From positions 24,118,001-24,182,000 of the forward strand of contig CM060731.1 of assembly GCA_030704615.1 (NCBI GenBank): a DNA stretch of 64,000 nucleotides. The letters are read 5' to 3'. Position numbers and translations under genes: made by a program. The DNA is from Takakia lepidozioides. Taxonomy: Eukaryota; Plantae; Bryophyta. The notes under the pieces were generated by a model. That model was not told the DNA's origin and did not search any database. It worked only from the letters and a program-made list of their open reading frames with translations. Position 1 is the first letter of the stretch, and the number at the start of each line of letters is the position of its first letter. Positions 40,701 through 53,847 of the stretch are shown here, piece by piece.

Positions 40701-42538
40701 AGTATGCATTATTAATACCTACTCTGGAGACACCGTCCAAAATATGTAGAGCATTCTTCTTCAGTTTCCTGTTCCTAGTATGTAGCAAGGCGCGGAAAAA
40801 TAGACCAACTGTGGCTCGACGTCAGCAGCTTACACCTACATATCCTGAAACCTCAAATGACGATTTCCTGCAACGGGATTCTCGAGGGCCCACGGACCCA
40901 CGACCTATCTGTTCGTGTGAACAGGGCCGCAAATTGTTCTGAAAAAGGTCAGTTGTTGGCCCACTCGTCACTCACTATCAAGTACATTGAATGAAGCATT
41001 GAATGATCTCAGCGTCCACCTTACTATGTTAATACAGCCCAGTACTGTGATCGGGCGTAGCACAGCAGTAGCTGCTCCAGACACGGTATGGAACCCAATG
41101 TCAACTCCATTAAAAAATAGTTTGGAATGATCTTGCAGCTGTGTTGCAGCGCTAGGATACAATACATGTAGGCTACAAGGTTGGAAACGTAATTGGATTC
41201 ATGAGTAGTGGACGGAGGCAATGCCGCCGGGCCTGCTTGCATGTACTATAATGGTGAAGAACATTCGCGCGCTCCACCATATTTATGCCATCGGTAGTAG
41301 AGAAGCATTAGTGGCCCCACCATCTTAATGCCTTGTAAGGCCAAATGAGGAATGACCGCTTCATAAGATGGCGGCAGACGGTAGGCTGATGAAGAGAGAC
41401 AAAACACTAAAAGAGAGACAAGTAGGATGGATGTCGCTCCTGATTCCCTAAGGTTACTTAGGGTCAACGGACATAGAGAGAGAGAGAAGCTGTAAGTGCT
41501 CTCACTTGATTCAGTTCATCTGCTTTGACCTGCTGCATCATGCACTTTGTGTCAACGCCCATATATTTCTGATACCATTTCCCTGTCTTCCAAGTTCCAA
41601 CTCATTTCCGTCAGATTAGGAACAGTGAGCTCGCTCCGGAGACCTATATCATCATCACAGCCAGCTGCTCTACCTAATAAGCTTGGAGGGTTGGTTTAGT
41701 AGTAACTGTGAACGGAAGATATACTACTCGTACAATCCGCTTTGAGAGGCACATAGCACGACTCGCATCTTCACTGAATTGCAGCGGAGCTCGGAAAGAC
41801 GATGAGCCGGGTCGTGGATCCTGTAACACATCATGAACATGGACATTAATGCACAACCAGATCAGTGAAAAGTTAAAACTAGCAGATCTTTCATTTCACA
41901 GTGGCCTGAGGCTTCCGTTTGAGTTGACTGACAGTAATGACAGATATGACGCATTAAAGCATAACAACTAGGTATCCCCATAAAGTTCCAGTTTTCTCAT
42001 CAGGACGATACATTCTGAGTATTTCTGAGTATTTCGGTGCAAAGTCCTGGGTAATCTGATTTCCTCAACGCAGAGATCAGCCACATGCAAAGGGGGAGGG
42101 GGTTTGATGTGTGAAGGGCATGGAAATCACGAGAAAAGCAGTGCTCTGGAGACTGGGTTCGAGGAAGGTCATGCAATAGGCAAGCGGCGGTGGACTGCAG
42201 TAGCGACTGCGACCCACTGGCCACGTGTCGATGACTCATTACCCAATTGCAAGGTAGTCTGCAGGAGTGCCAGTAAGGGGCTGCCACGACGGCAGTCCTG
42301 GATGGCTGCTTAGTAGTGTGGATCGAGACTGTGGAGATCGATAGCTCAGCGAGGGTCCTTCAAAGTTCAGAGAGAAGGTCGAGCAGCTCACGCGCGTGCA
42401 CAAGGAAGGCCGTAGTGTGTATGTGTGTGTGAAGGTCCTTGCAGGCTGTGGGTGGTTGGTAAGATTTTCGGAGGGGTGGGTGGAAGCAGTAGCTGTGAAA
42501 GCTGAAAGCCAGACAGAGACAAAGATTCGCAAGTCATC

Positions 42539-44520
42539 ATGCCTGGGTGCCGAGGCTGGCTTCTAGTGTGCACACTAGCCGTCCTCCTCCCTTCTTGCAT
42601 CCTGGGCCGCGTTCTCCCTCATGGTACTAATCTCAATCCTTCTGGATCCCAATCTATGCCCCTCTTTCCTTCTTGCATTGTTACTCGAGCTGTATCTCGC
42701 CTTGCCATCTCATTCAAAGGATTTTTCTTGATGAGTGGTAGTGGAGAAGGTGAAACTGTAGATAAAATTATGTGTGGACCCACACATTTCCCTGTAGTGG
42801 CTTGAACTGGAGTAGTAGGGACCTAGGACATGCTTCAGTTTTCAGAGCAAGGGAAGCTTACAGTCTCGAGGGCTTTGGAGGTACATTGTACCGCTAGGAG
42901 TCGAGTAAAGGGTCAATGCGTGATGGGGAGGGTTACGAAATTGAAGTAATAATGACTTAAAGTCTGGCCTGCATACTCGTTATCTTTGACATCCTTTCTG
43001 TCTTGAAGAGCTTCAAAAGTCGACGTAGGGAGGACTGAAGATGGTCGCAGGAGAAACAGATAACCTCTCTACATTAAGCAGAAGCAGTAGTGTCGTATTT
43101 TCAGTTGCATTCCTGACTAGAACGTGGTCATTAATTGATGAACCGAGCTCTTAAGAATTTTGGAACCATCTGCAATTGCAGAAGGATCAGACATGGTGGA
43201 TCTTGTGTAAGGAAGGAACTTCCTTACCACCAGTATAGGTAGTGAGGGGTAATGCGAGGAGGATGCGAGGACAGTCTTACATCTCCCCCCTCAGGAAGGC
43301 AGACAAGCAGCCTTGTTCTCGGCATTTCTACACCAAAAAGACACGAGGGAATTGGAGCTAATACTGCAATCTCGTGCTCGATCGCATTTCTAAGGTTGAA
43401 TGAGACTCAGACATATTTTCAAAATATAGTACTTAGCTGTCTTGTCACGCTGAAGCTGTCGGATCTGACTCTCTTCGCCAGCCTCCCATTTGCTTTGAGG
43501 CCCAACCTTTCTAAGGTGCATTTCTGGCGTCCTAGCTTTAAACATCCGCAGCTTGTTGAAGCCAAGGAGCTCCAAAATGTTAACCGTGTATTCTAGCTTC
43601 ACCATACACTACGTATGGACTGAAAGTGTCGCAATGTCCTTGAACACTTCTTTCCTAGTTCCAACTGGGAGAAGTTGGTTCTTCAATCAAAGGCGCTGAG
43701 GACTGGCGCAGTCATGTGTCCGATTCTCTTCCTGCAGCAGTGTGAGGGGGAACGGTACTCAGACGGTACGCAGACGGGACTCAGACAGGTGCAACTTTGA
43801 TGGGTGAGTAGTGATTGAGACCAAGTCTACCCCCAAGTTCACGGCGTAGTGCCATAGTCGTTACTTAAGACTTGTGGAGAGTACGAAGTAGGGCTGCATC
43901 GAGCGATCGTCAAGGAAATTGTTCTAACTTATATGAGCTTTCTTATGTGAGTGGGCCTTAAGAATTTGATTCTGGACGGACGGTGCATGCAGGGGCGAAA
44001 GATGCGTCCATGAAGGATTTGTCGGCTGTCACTATGGAACAGGATCTGAGAGCAACAGTAGTTCAGGTAGTTGCTGCTGAACACTTTGTGTTTTATTCGT
44101 CAATGTGGGTCTTGGACTAATGTAGAGTAACTTTTCTCGCTTGTATGCAGAGCACCTTGGTGCTTGCTTGCACATTGATGATATTTGAATTACTAGCTAT
44201 GTTCTTTGAGAATCCAATGCTGTCGTGTATGCTTAAATTAGATATAGAGGGGTCTGTAGTCTCTGTTGGAAGTGCTCGCGTCAAAGGAACTGAAACAATG
44301 CGTTTCAATGTTCAATGTACAGATGAGAGGGGAGCGCAGGAGGAAAGAATTGGAAGGCTGTGATGCACTGGAAAAACCCTGTGGTAAAGAGCGACGCGTC
44401 CTTATGGCTTACACTTATGATTATGTGGATCCAGTCCCCAACACAAATCCAGGCGCTGTTCCACCAGCCCCTCCATCACCTCCCTCGCCCCCGCCTCCTG
44501 ATCCACCAGGACTTCCTTAA
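42539..44520 (+). CDS. 118-aa secreted peptide precursor with a DY tyrosine-sulfation motif (PSY-like peptide, PSK-like pro-region), 3 exons
   Basis: Exons 42539-42623, 43993-44066 and 44323-44520 join in phase through GT-AG introns. Product: MPGCRGWLLVCTLAVLLPSCILG (signal peptide) RVLPHGAKDASMKDLSAVTMEQDLRATVVQMRGERRRKELEGCDALEKPCGKERRVLMAYTYDYVDPVPNTNPGAVPPAPPSPPSPPPPDPPGLP*. Confidence 0.8.
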
Positions 44521-47437
44521 GCTCCTTATTACGGTTAGTCGAGTATGTATGAGTACTACAGGTTACTTAACGAGAAAACTGGAATGTAAAGTACTTAGGG
44601 TCTGCCAAATTCAGCTTTTCAGGTGTTACTCTTGACCGGAGTATCAATGGGCACATGCCTGTTGTCAGCTAGCCGAAGAGGCCCCTCTTTTGAACCCTCT
44701 TGAACTCTAAGAAAAGAGTTGGATCTATTACAATCCGTGGGAAAATTGAGTTGGCGCAGGAGGTGATCTGTGTGCAGGGCTTGAGTGAATTTGTCAAGAT
44801 AATTATCTCTAGAGCTAGCTTTAGAACAGCTAATACCTGTACAAGACTTTCAGTGTGAAAGATTTGGCTATTTAACTTCACATGTTGTGCCTCTAATCCC
44901 CTCTGAACATTGAGGAATGCCATCACCACTAGTTAGTTACTTTTCATATCTTGGTCTGGGGCTGTTTCTGCACCTGGACTTGAAGCTTTTTGTTGTTTCC
45001 AGTTTGACTGTGGAAATGCAATGTATATCTAAGAAGCTAATGTGTTAAAAGTTGGAACCCTGTGATCATAGTCTTTGAGAAGAAGTTTTGCGAGGTACAG
45101 GGGCTATCATGAGTTGCCTGCAAATCATGTTAATCTATCGACGCTGTCTCGGGTTCACTTACCTACGCAGGTGGCAAGCTCTCCACATTATTAATTTGCA
45201 GGCAAAGTGTGGGGCAACTTGAGCTCAGGAAGTGCCCAGGCAAAGACATGACAGTAGACTTCGAGGTCTACTGGACGTACAAAGACAATCCGGGCAATCC
45301 TTCCTACTGGACGTTCTTTGGTGCTGATCTTACTGAATGTTTACCTATGACCAGACTTCAACATCTCTGAGTTCACTTACCTGCATTTCACTTGAGGCGT
45401 GATTTGAACCCATATATATGTAGTGTGAACAGTCCACCTCACTTTCGATTCTTCCAGGCCTGTGTTATGTAGATGCACTGTAAGACTGTCGAACGAAATA
45501 AATTTATGTAACATTACCGTAAGTTTGGTTTTTTGTAGCTCTGGATGTTCAGAAGTTATCAATCAATGAATATATTCTTCAGGCAGGAAAGAACCAAATC
45601 ATATTGATCAATCTAGTCCTTGACCTCTAGGTTGTTAAGGTTCCTTGTCAGTTCTAAGTTGATCGTTAAGCCCTAGATGTTGTCACTAGTTGCTGCAATG
45701 AATCGTGCAGCTCTCAACGCACGAGTTTCTCTGCACTAACTTTCAGGCGTTGCAAAGTAGCCTGTGAGAATTTACTACCAACAATTGTTATTGTTCATCA
45801 TCACAAACAGAGCATGACCAGGGTATATTCATGAGTTGTTCCAACTACTGCAACCAATTCTTCCCAACCCTTCCTGCATATACCCCATTATATTATGGTG
45901 CCCACCAGCCCAACGTTGAACAAAACTGTTATCTTAAAACATTTTCACTCTACCAGCGAGCAACTACATTTTGTTTCTCCTCTTGAGGATAGTTTTACCA
46001 TTTGTACAGCCACTCCACTTATAGAGCCATGCGGAATTACAACTACATCCGATTCTTAGCAAAGAGAGACCAGAGGAGAAGGACAGCAGTGCCGGAGAGA
46101 GAGACCGCTGGAGAGTTTTATTAGTCGAAGGATGCTTACACGGACGAATGATAATACCGCCTCGGAAAATTGCCCCCAAGATAAAACGATTTTCATCCAA
46201 GAGAGGAGAAATCGAGTTTAGGTCAGTCTGAATTCTGAGGAGGAAGGCTGCAAATTTGGAGGGGAATGCAGAGCTGCTGCAGTGCAAAGATTTGTGGATT
46301 GCACGTGATGCCGCAGAGAAGGATGAAGAGGAGGGCGGAGATGGCCACTGGCTTGAAGACCTAACATCATACTTGGACAGAGGATTGTCGAAAATCTCCC
46401 TAAGGTGTTGTCTCTTTGCCAGGCTCATCTATGTTTTGTGTGGGAATAAGCTGGAGACTGGTTTTCTTCTTCTAGTTTGCACCAAGGTCATCATTTGTGT
46501 GTGTGTGAGTGAGAGAGACTGGGGCCATGAGCTTTCCGGGCACAAGCAGATGTGGCATTTGTGGTTGTCGTTGTACAGGCAGTAAATTGACGTTTAGAGG
46601 GCAGAGAGAGAGTGGAAAGAGAGAGGCGAGTCTTAAAACTTCTGCCCGCATTCGGGAGGGTATGCAGTTGGATCCCCTTTTTTTTGGCCACCTTCAGAGC
46701 TCTCGTTTGCATAGCGAGTCGTTGCCACAGCTAGTTTTGCATGTGAACAGCTGTTCTCTGTGCTCAGTAGTACCCCGCAACGTGCCCAAAACTTTATTGA
46801 AAGATCAAAAGAATTACTCATTCTTGGTCAAGCACCCACTATGCTTTCTACATGCTTCAGCAGGAAACTGCAGTGCCAACTGACAGTCTCTTGGTAGTGG
46901 CTCAATTCAGTATATTGCAATCATTGATGAGAAGAATTGAGGCTACTGTTGCTGTCTTGAAAGGATTATATTTTCTATACATTTATGTCGAGCCTTTCGA
47001 TTTCGAATAAGCTTAGGTCTACCTCCCACGGGTCAGTAAATGTACTAGGCTTTCCAAAGACAACTTTCCTCAGACTCTCCAAGGCTTTAAGTGAATCTAT
47101 ATTTTACCTGTCTAGGGGGTTTGCACATGTAGGGTGAGGCTCTCCTAATAAGTTAAGGGTTCAGTTAAAAATTGCAGACTCTTCTGGTGAAACTGGGAAA
47201 CTCCCAATGTGTAAATCTCAGAAAAATAATTTGTTGTAAAGATTATGGTAACAAATAGATTAATTTGAATGGCAAAGTGCTCATTCACTTGTGAATGAAA
47301 ATGATAAGAATTGCTGTTATTTCTTTTTGCACTTTTAGAAGTACTGCCCTGAAGGGTTCATACGAGAGGGGCAATGACAGGTTGCTGGCACTTGCTAGAT
47401 GCAGAAGGGGTGAGGAAGGGGCAGACCACTATCAGAC

Positions 47438-50400
47438 ATGTTGGGAGGAGGGGTAGCGGCGCCATGTGCTGCAGGGCGTGCTGCTGTGTTTCTGCGCAAT
47501 AATCCTTTGTCTTCGAGATCACTTTCCAGTGCAAACAATGTAGGGTTTAGTCAGCGTACAGGTCTTGTATTGTTCCAGGGGCTGAAGAAGCTGAGATCAG
47601 ATGTGCGGAGGAGGCAGCTTCCTGTTTTGGTATGTGCAGACAAAAGTGCAAAGCAGCAGGGCAGGCCGCACGTGGAGAGGCAAGTGGGGATACCAGTACT
47701 CGACAAGGATGCAAACGGGAATTTTTTTCTCAATTCGGTTGATTCATCATCACCCCCATTAGGTTCAGTGAATCTGAAATTTCCCGCTCAAAGAGCTATT
47801 GGCATCAAGAAAGTAGCACATAGTTTGCCCAGATACCCCAAAGCAGCCCGCAGATTCTACAATGAGAAGTTTCGTTCAGAGCCTGAAAGGCTGAGCAAGG
47901 TTTTGGCAGCTGCAGGCGGTAAGCTCCTTTCTGTGGCCCGCATGCTTTGTTTCTTAACAGTCGACTGTAATGGAGGCAGCTGCAGGTTTACTAGGAACTT
48001 GGATAATGACAACCATCTCATTCTTGCCTTGAGTTTCTTGAACTGGTTCGAGCAATTATTATTCTTAACTAGCATGCTACCAATCGTCTTGACAACAAGA
48101 AAGCTACAAGAGAGGCAGAGAAAAGAATGGAATCAGCTCTGTTTGTATTAACTCTTGATGGTCATGGATAGACAACCAGTTCTGTGTTTTGTTTCCTGAT
48201 AGTTGCAAGCGTAAAGTTTTGACATGCTGTGTGATATTTCCTGGGAATGGGTACAGTGGCGTCACGGCGGGCAAGTGAGGACATCATATTTGCAGGGCGT
48301 GTGAAAGTGAATGGAAAAGTTTGCACTGTGCCGCAGGTGTTGTTTTTGTCTCATCATTTCCAAGAATTGTGTGCTTGGGCAATCAGTTTGTGCTTTTCAG
48401 GTCTATGCTCGATTCTGCATTTCTTGAGTGCTGCTCATACATTAGTTGCTGGGAGATCATTCTGTCTAGCATTGAACGTATCGTCAAAGCTGATAGAGTA
48501 ACAGAGGATTTTGGTTATTAACATGTCTTCTCTGACAAGGTTTAATGTCGAGTCTCTACAGACTCCTGTGGATCCTTTAAAGGATGTCATCTTTCTGGAT
48601 GGTGGATCCTTACCAAAGAAGATGGCTCCAAAATTTTATTTTGCTCTCAACAAGCCAAAAGGGTTCGTGCAGGCACACCCCTTTCTAGTGATTTTTGGTG
48701 TCGTTTTACTCTTTGGTCTGAATGACAGCTAATTGGACCATTGAGCTTTCTCCTTTCCTCATATGGCATGTTTTTATTGCAAGTTATAAGTGTGTCGGCT
48801 ATCCTGATCTTAGGAGTGGACTAGCATGCACTGGCAAACGACAGTGTTTGTCTATTGGAATGTTTACAAAATGCTGAGCCAGAGATGTTGGGTGGCCAGG
48901 TACATATGCTCAAGTGCGGAGGAGGGATCAAAGCCTGTCCTATCTCTATTTGATTCTTTCTGGAAGATCTGGGTGGGCCTGCCACCTAGCTCGATTACAT
49001 TATTCTGCAATTTTGATCTGTTGCCAAGGTGCATTAGTTGAGGTGGGTGCTCATCATAGTGGGAAGCTATAGAGAAGACAAAATTTCTGAGTATCTATCT
49101 ATGGGAAGAAAACTGACGTGGATGCCAGTAAATATACCCTGAAGGTATGTGAGTGGCAGAGGAACAAATTTCTGATGTATAGTCTGTTTCTGCTGTGTGC
49201 TCCAGGCCCAGAGAAATGTTGGAATGCGAAGACCGCGACTCTTCACAGTGGGACGCCTGGATGTTGCCACTTCTGGCCTGCTGTTGGTGACCAATGATGG
49301 TAGGTGCTTGCTTTTGCTTGACGCTTGACACTCATCCAGACAAACAGAAGCAGAGAGGAAAGGGAGAGTGCAATTGCCCGTTGTGTGGGCAATCTGAAGA
49401 CAGTATTCATTTTCTGATACACTGTCCGGGGTTCTCTCACCAAAGAGACGCTCTCTTCAACTCTATCAAGGGAATTGTGCCTGTACCCCTGTTTACCAAC
49501 TTTGAAAGTCTCGAGGCTGAGCCAAAAGCCCAGGCCCTCCTGAGGCCTAGTTTTTGGGCAAATCACACACAGCAGATTGATGCTTGTGTGAAGGGATTTC
49601 TAGAGGATATCTGGAAAACCCGGATTAATTCTTTATATGAAGGTAAGTCTTACTACCAACGTCGGCCCCTGACAATGGTAGGTTCTGTTCCTTTTGTTCC
49701 CGCTCAAACTGGGCGCGGGGTCAATGGCCACAAGGCTACGGCAAACAACGTCTTATGAGTACACTCATCCAGACAATCATGATATGTGGGTTTTGTCATC
49801 CTGTGTGAAAATGTTTTCAAACGTATACAGAGCTAAGGCTAATTGATTTTTTCTCTGTCGCCTTGTAGGAGATTTTGCACAAAAAGTTTCACATCCATCC
49901 TCAGGGCTGACAAAGGAGTAAGTGGGAGGACTTGCATCCCACTAATATTGTGGCCTCTTTCAATGTTATCTTTTCTTAGCTGATCTGTTGTCACCTAGCC
50001 ATCTGTCAGCTTCTGTCAGCGGTCCAAGTTTTGACTTCTAATTGAAATATGTGTCAATTATAGGAAGCAGTGAAACCCCTAGTTCATTGGCTGCCTGTGA
50101 GGCCCGCTGGGCAATGTAGATATGTGCTCATGAATGGCAAGAAATAATTTTATTGGTCTATTTCCTTGGGTTAAACCTTAGGAGAATTGTAGGGTGATGT
50201 TACTCTTTGCTGGCAGATTATAGAATTGTAGGTATTTTGTTCTCTCCATAGATATGCTTGTTGTTAGACAAGTGAGTCCTACATGGCACAGCTGGCTCTG
50301 AAAGGCAGTGAGGTGGTGACGTGGAAAGTGGGAATGAAGTTTTTGTTTTCCCGTACTCTGTGAATAAGCTGTTTAAGTCTGACTTTGCAGTAATAGTACT

Positions 50401-51646
50401 TTGGATTTTCGGCAACTTAGAGTCAAGCATGATGGTGATGCAGGGCTCTTGTCCAATGGCATGGCTCAAGAGATTGAGAGGTGAGTATGTTTTATCATAA
50501 TTACAAAGTAACAGAATGGATAGATGGCAGGTACGTGGCCACTGTAAGTGAGAAGGTGACTAAGCGACAATTGCAGCTCATAGGACAGGGCGCAGTGGTG
50601 CAGGGTGTGCATTGTGTTCCCACCAGAGTGGAGCTTCTGGAAGCGGACCCTGCTGATCCTCGCCAGCGCTTGCGCATTGTCGTGAGTGCCTTCCGCTGCA
50701 TGAGCTGGGAGTTTTGCTTGGCAGTTAGTGGATGTAATTTGTTTGTGTGCTAAAGTGAAGCACTGCAGTCAAGCATCTGGTATCTGAGCTCTTTGTTTGT
50801 CCCATAGGCTGCATGTTGGAGAGTAGTCCATAATGACTGAGAAGTCAAAGACTGCAACAATCCCAATATCATAATTATAATGAGGTTGAAGGGTGCAGGT
50901 GAGTGAGGGCCGCAATCATGAAGTGCGCCATCTCGTTACCAATGCTGGGCTTGAGGTTTGTTAGTGCTGCTTTTGTTTTCCATATTTTTTTCCTATGCTT
51001 GCTTTTCCTTCAGGGGTTGCTGTTAGGTGCAGGAGTTCATCCTGATAGTGGCTATCTACCTTTTTGTGTTGGTTAGTATTATTCAGTGACCAGCTTGCCA
51101 TGAAAAAGTCCATCCAGGTTGTGTAATGTGCGCCGACTTTGAAGCTTCTCACAGGGGAGGGTGCCCTCTTTCCAACTGCCATTCAGGGTCAATTCATGTG
51201 GCCAACAAACTGACCCTTGAATTCCCCGTCTTGCAGCAAGCACCCATGATCAAGTGGACCATGGGATAGGTGCAGTAATTTTACACCTGAAGATTGTTCA
51301 ACCCTTATAGCAAGGAACTTAAAAGAAACCATGTTCGTGCATAGTGCAGGTGCAGAGTTTGAAGAGAGTCCGAATTGGTGGTATTCGTCTTTCTCGCAAG
51401 CTCGGGTATGTAGAGGCCATGCTGTAAACACGTTGTGTTTTGTGTCATGAGAATAACAGACTCTATCTCAACACAGGCTTTTGACAAGCTACAAGTAGAA
51501 GACACGTCAATGTATGACTGAACATTGTGAAAAGAGTTGATTTGGTTGCTGAAGTGGCATTGCTGTGCAGGGCTGGCAAATATGAGGTGCTGACAGAGGC
51601 ACAGGTGAACAAGGTGTTGGACAAACAGGTCCAGGACACTGCCTAG
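47438..51646 (+). CDS. SVR1: Plastid rRNA pseudouridine synthase (RsuA/RluB family, S4 domain; SVR1-like), about 10 exons
   Basis: Transit-peptide-like N-terminus; PERLSKVLAAAG|VASRRASEDIIFAGRVKVNG (S4); YFALNKPKG|YICS; PRLFTVGRLDVATSGLLLVTNDG (catalytic Asp); HPSSGLTKEY; VSEGRNHEVRHLV; SLKRVRIGG; stop TAG at 51644-51646. Confidence 0.93.
49344..49760 (+). mobile_element. 5'-truncated LINE (ORF2 C-terminus) inserted in an SVR1 intron
   Basis: Perfect 16-bp TSD ACACTCATCCAGACAA (49328-49343, 49761-49776). Uninterrupted reading frame with the CCHC knuckle CPLCGQSEDSIHFLIHCP; stop at 49758. Confidence 0.92.
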
Positions 51647-52244
51647 CCCAGATTGTATGGAATTGCACAGAGTCTTAATCAACTGAGACAGCCCCATTGC
51701 CTGAATAGGTGGAGGGCCTGTTTCTAGGGCAGGTCCCCTACATCCTCTACACACTAGCAACAGTACAGGAACCATAAGTTGTTCCACGGCAGATGCCATT
51801 TCACTGAGAGGGTGAGCTTGCATCCGACGGGAATTGAGAGAAGGTATGTAACATAGCCAATTTGCAAGCTTAACCACAAATTCGGTTTTCTATCGCAGAT
51901 CCTGATTTCGGCTACCGGTACTAACCCATGTATGGTTAGCTTGAAATTACAGTGGAGATTGAGCAGCAAAAGTTTCTTCGTCCTAGGGACCTACTAAAGA
52001 GCTTAAGTATCCGCACAATCTACAGCTGCACCAGACTTGCATAGCATGCAGCCCTCCACATGCTTCAGGACTTTTGTCTAGTTGTACAAGTACCCTCATT
52101 TATCAATTGTCCCAATGCGGCATCCCCTGACGATTTGTGTTGCTTAGTCAATTGTATTGCTGAAGTTGAAGTCATATTAGAAGCAACACAGAGCCCATCA
52201 ACATCGACGTCATCGAGCGGCCAATGGACGGTTGAAGGCACATG

Positions 52245-52320
52245 TTGAAGGATTGAACCCAGGATCACCCAGGTTATGCACAGGCAAGGCATAAATACCC
52301 AACCACTGGGCTACCAACTC
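52245..52320 (-). mobile_element. tRNA-derived SINE head (second family)
   Basis: The - strand reads GAGTTGG-TAGCCCAGTGG (A-box)...GGGTTCAATCC (B-box). The internal sequence differs from family 1. The 3' boundary is not defined. Confidence 0.65.
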
Positions 52321-52434
52321 AAGTGCAAGAGGAGTGGGGGAATAAAAGAAGAGGAGGGGAAAATTAACCCCATTCATTATGACCCTGAGACATACAAGCC
52401 CCCAATTCCCAACAGGACTAGGGTAGCGGTTGCC

Positions 52435-53290
52435 GTTGGGCCAAGTGTCCAGTGTCATCTTCAACTGCAATCCCCTATGTATCCAAGTGCGTATCTTATG
52501 TGGAGGCCCAAGATGAAGTTGGATGTTTGTTTAGTTACAAAGAATATGTGGTACATGAATAAACTAATGTTTAAAGAATATTGTAAACATGAACAAAATG
52601 AGCAACAATGAAATGTGAACAATGACAAAGAAGAAGTTTATATTAATACCCCTTATATATAATCAATATTGAAAAACCAATTTATTTTTTTCCATGAATT
52701 TATTGAGTAGTAACATATCCAATCAATAGGGTAGCCTGTGTCGTTGGCCCAAGTGTCATCAAGTGTCATCTGAGTCCAAGTGCAATCCCCTGCGTATACA
52801 AGTGTGTCTCCCAGCCTGTGCAACTCCCAGCCTATATGTCGAGGCCCACATGCGACCTGTAGGGTGTCCTGTGCCATTGGCCCAAGTGGTCATGAAGAGG
52901 CCCATCTAAGCCCAAATGCAATCTTCTATTCATGTATCCAGGTGCATCTCCCATGTAGAGGCCCAAGTGTCCAATCTCATCTAAGCCCAAGTGCAATCTC
53001 TTATGTATCCAGGTAGGCCTCCCATGTCAAGGCCCCATTTAATTTTTTCCATGAATTTTTTGAGTAGTAGTAAAATATCAATATTATAACTCGTCGAGGC
53101 TCCAACCCACTTTGCTAATTTTCGGGAATTTCCAGCGAACAAAAGTACTTGAAATTCCATATCTCCGACCCCGCAAGGTCCAGAAATCATGAGACCAAGC
53201 TGGTGCACCCCTCCTTGTGGAGAGCTTTCCAATGGTGCCAAGCACCAGCGCTGGGCCCGCGGTTTCCGACATCTCAATGCTACAAAACAA
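52435..53290. repeat. Degenerate repeat array (GGCCCAAGTG / AAGTGCAATC / ATGTATCCA units) and adjoining probable TE relic
   Basis: About four diverged 75-100-bp units. A TTTTTTCCATGAATTTT(A/T)TGAGTAGTA block is duplicated at ~52685 and ~53043. Confidence 0.65.
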
Positions 53291-53319
53291 GCAAACAAAA
53301 CAAAAAACAATTAATATTT

Positions 53320-53482
53320 GACGCCTCCCGAAGAAAGCGTAAATTATGGTGTCTCTTTACCCCGAAGGGTTGCGGCCTTCTGCTAGGAAAGTGGACATCT
53401 TTGTGACACCAAGGGTGGATCGAACCTACAACCACTTTCGAGGTGGTATATGCCCATTACCACTGGGCTACAATTTCGTTCT
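53320..53482 (-). mobile_element. tRNA-derived SINE (family 1), full length
   Basis: A-box TAGCCCAGTGG and canonical B-box GGTTCGATCC on -. The body matches the 12621 copy. It sits in an (AAAAC)n tract. Confidence 0.9.
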
Positions 53483-53847
53483 CTAACAAAAACAAAAACA
53501 AAAATAAAACAAAAATAAAACCGCATCGCTTCATATATGGATATGGTAATAAATTACTGTATGCACAACGAAAAGGAAGGAGAGGCATCGATGACAATCA
53601 TCCAAATGCAGGACACAGAACAACATCTTTCCGATGAAGAAAGATTCTTAGGATAATCCTTCTATCACTTGGAAGATGCTCGGATATCCTAGTTGGTTGG
53701 ATAACGAATCTCAGGCAGACGAATAAGAGTGCGCAGAAATGGATGGATGAAAAATTAGTAGGAACTAGGAACACTGGACGCTTCAACTTGTCTCTAACTA
53801 ACTACAGTCCTGACTAACTACGAGCTTACTAGTGTGTAGTAGGGGTA

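Noticed and set aside
45200-46430. Exon-like pieces (DMTVDFEVYWTYKDNPGNPSYWTFFG; ORF 45964-46428)
   Set aside because: I could not assemble them into a gene or assign a family.
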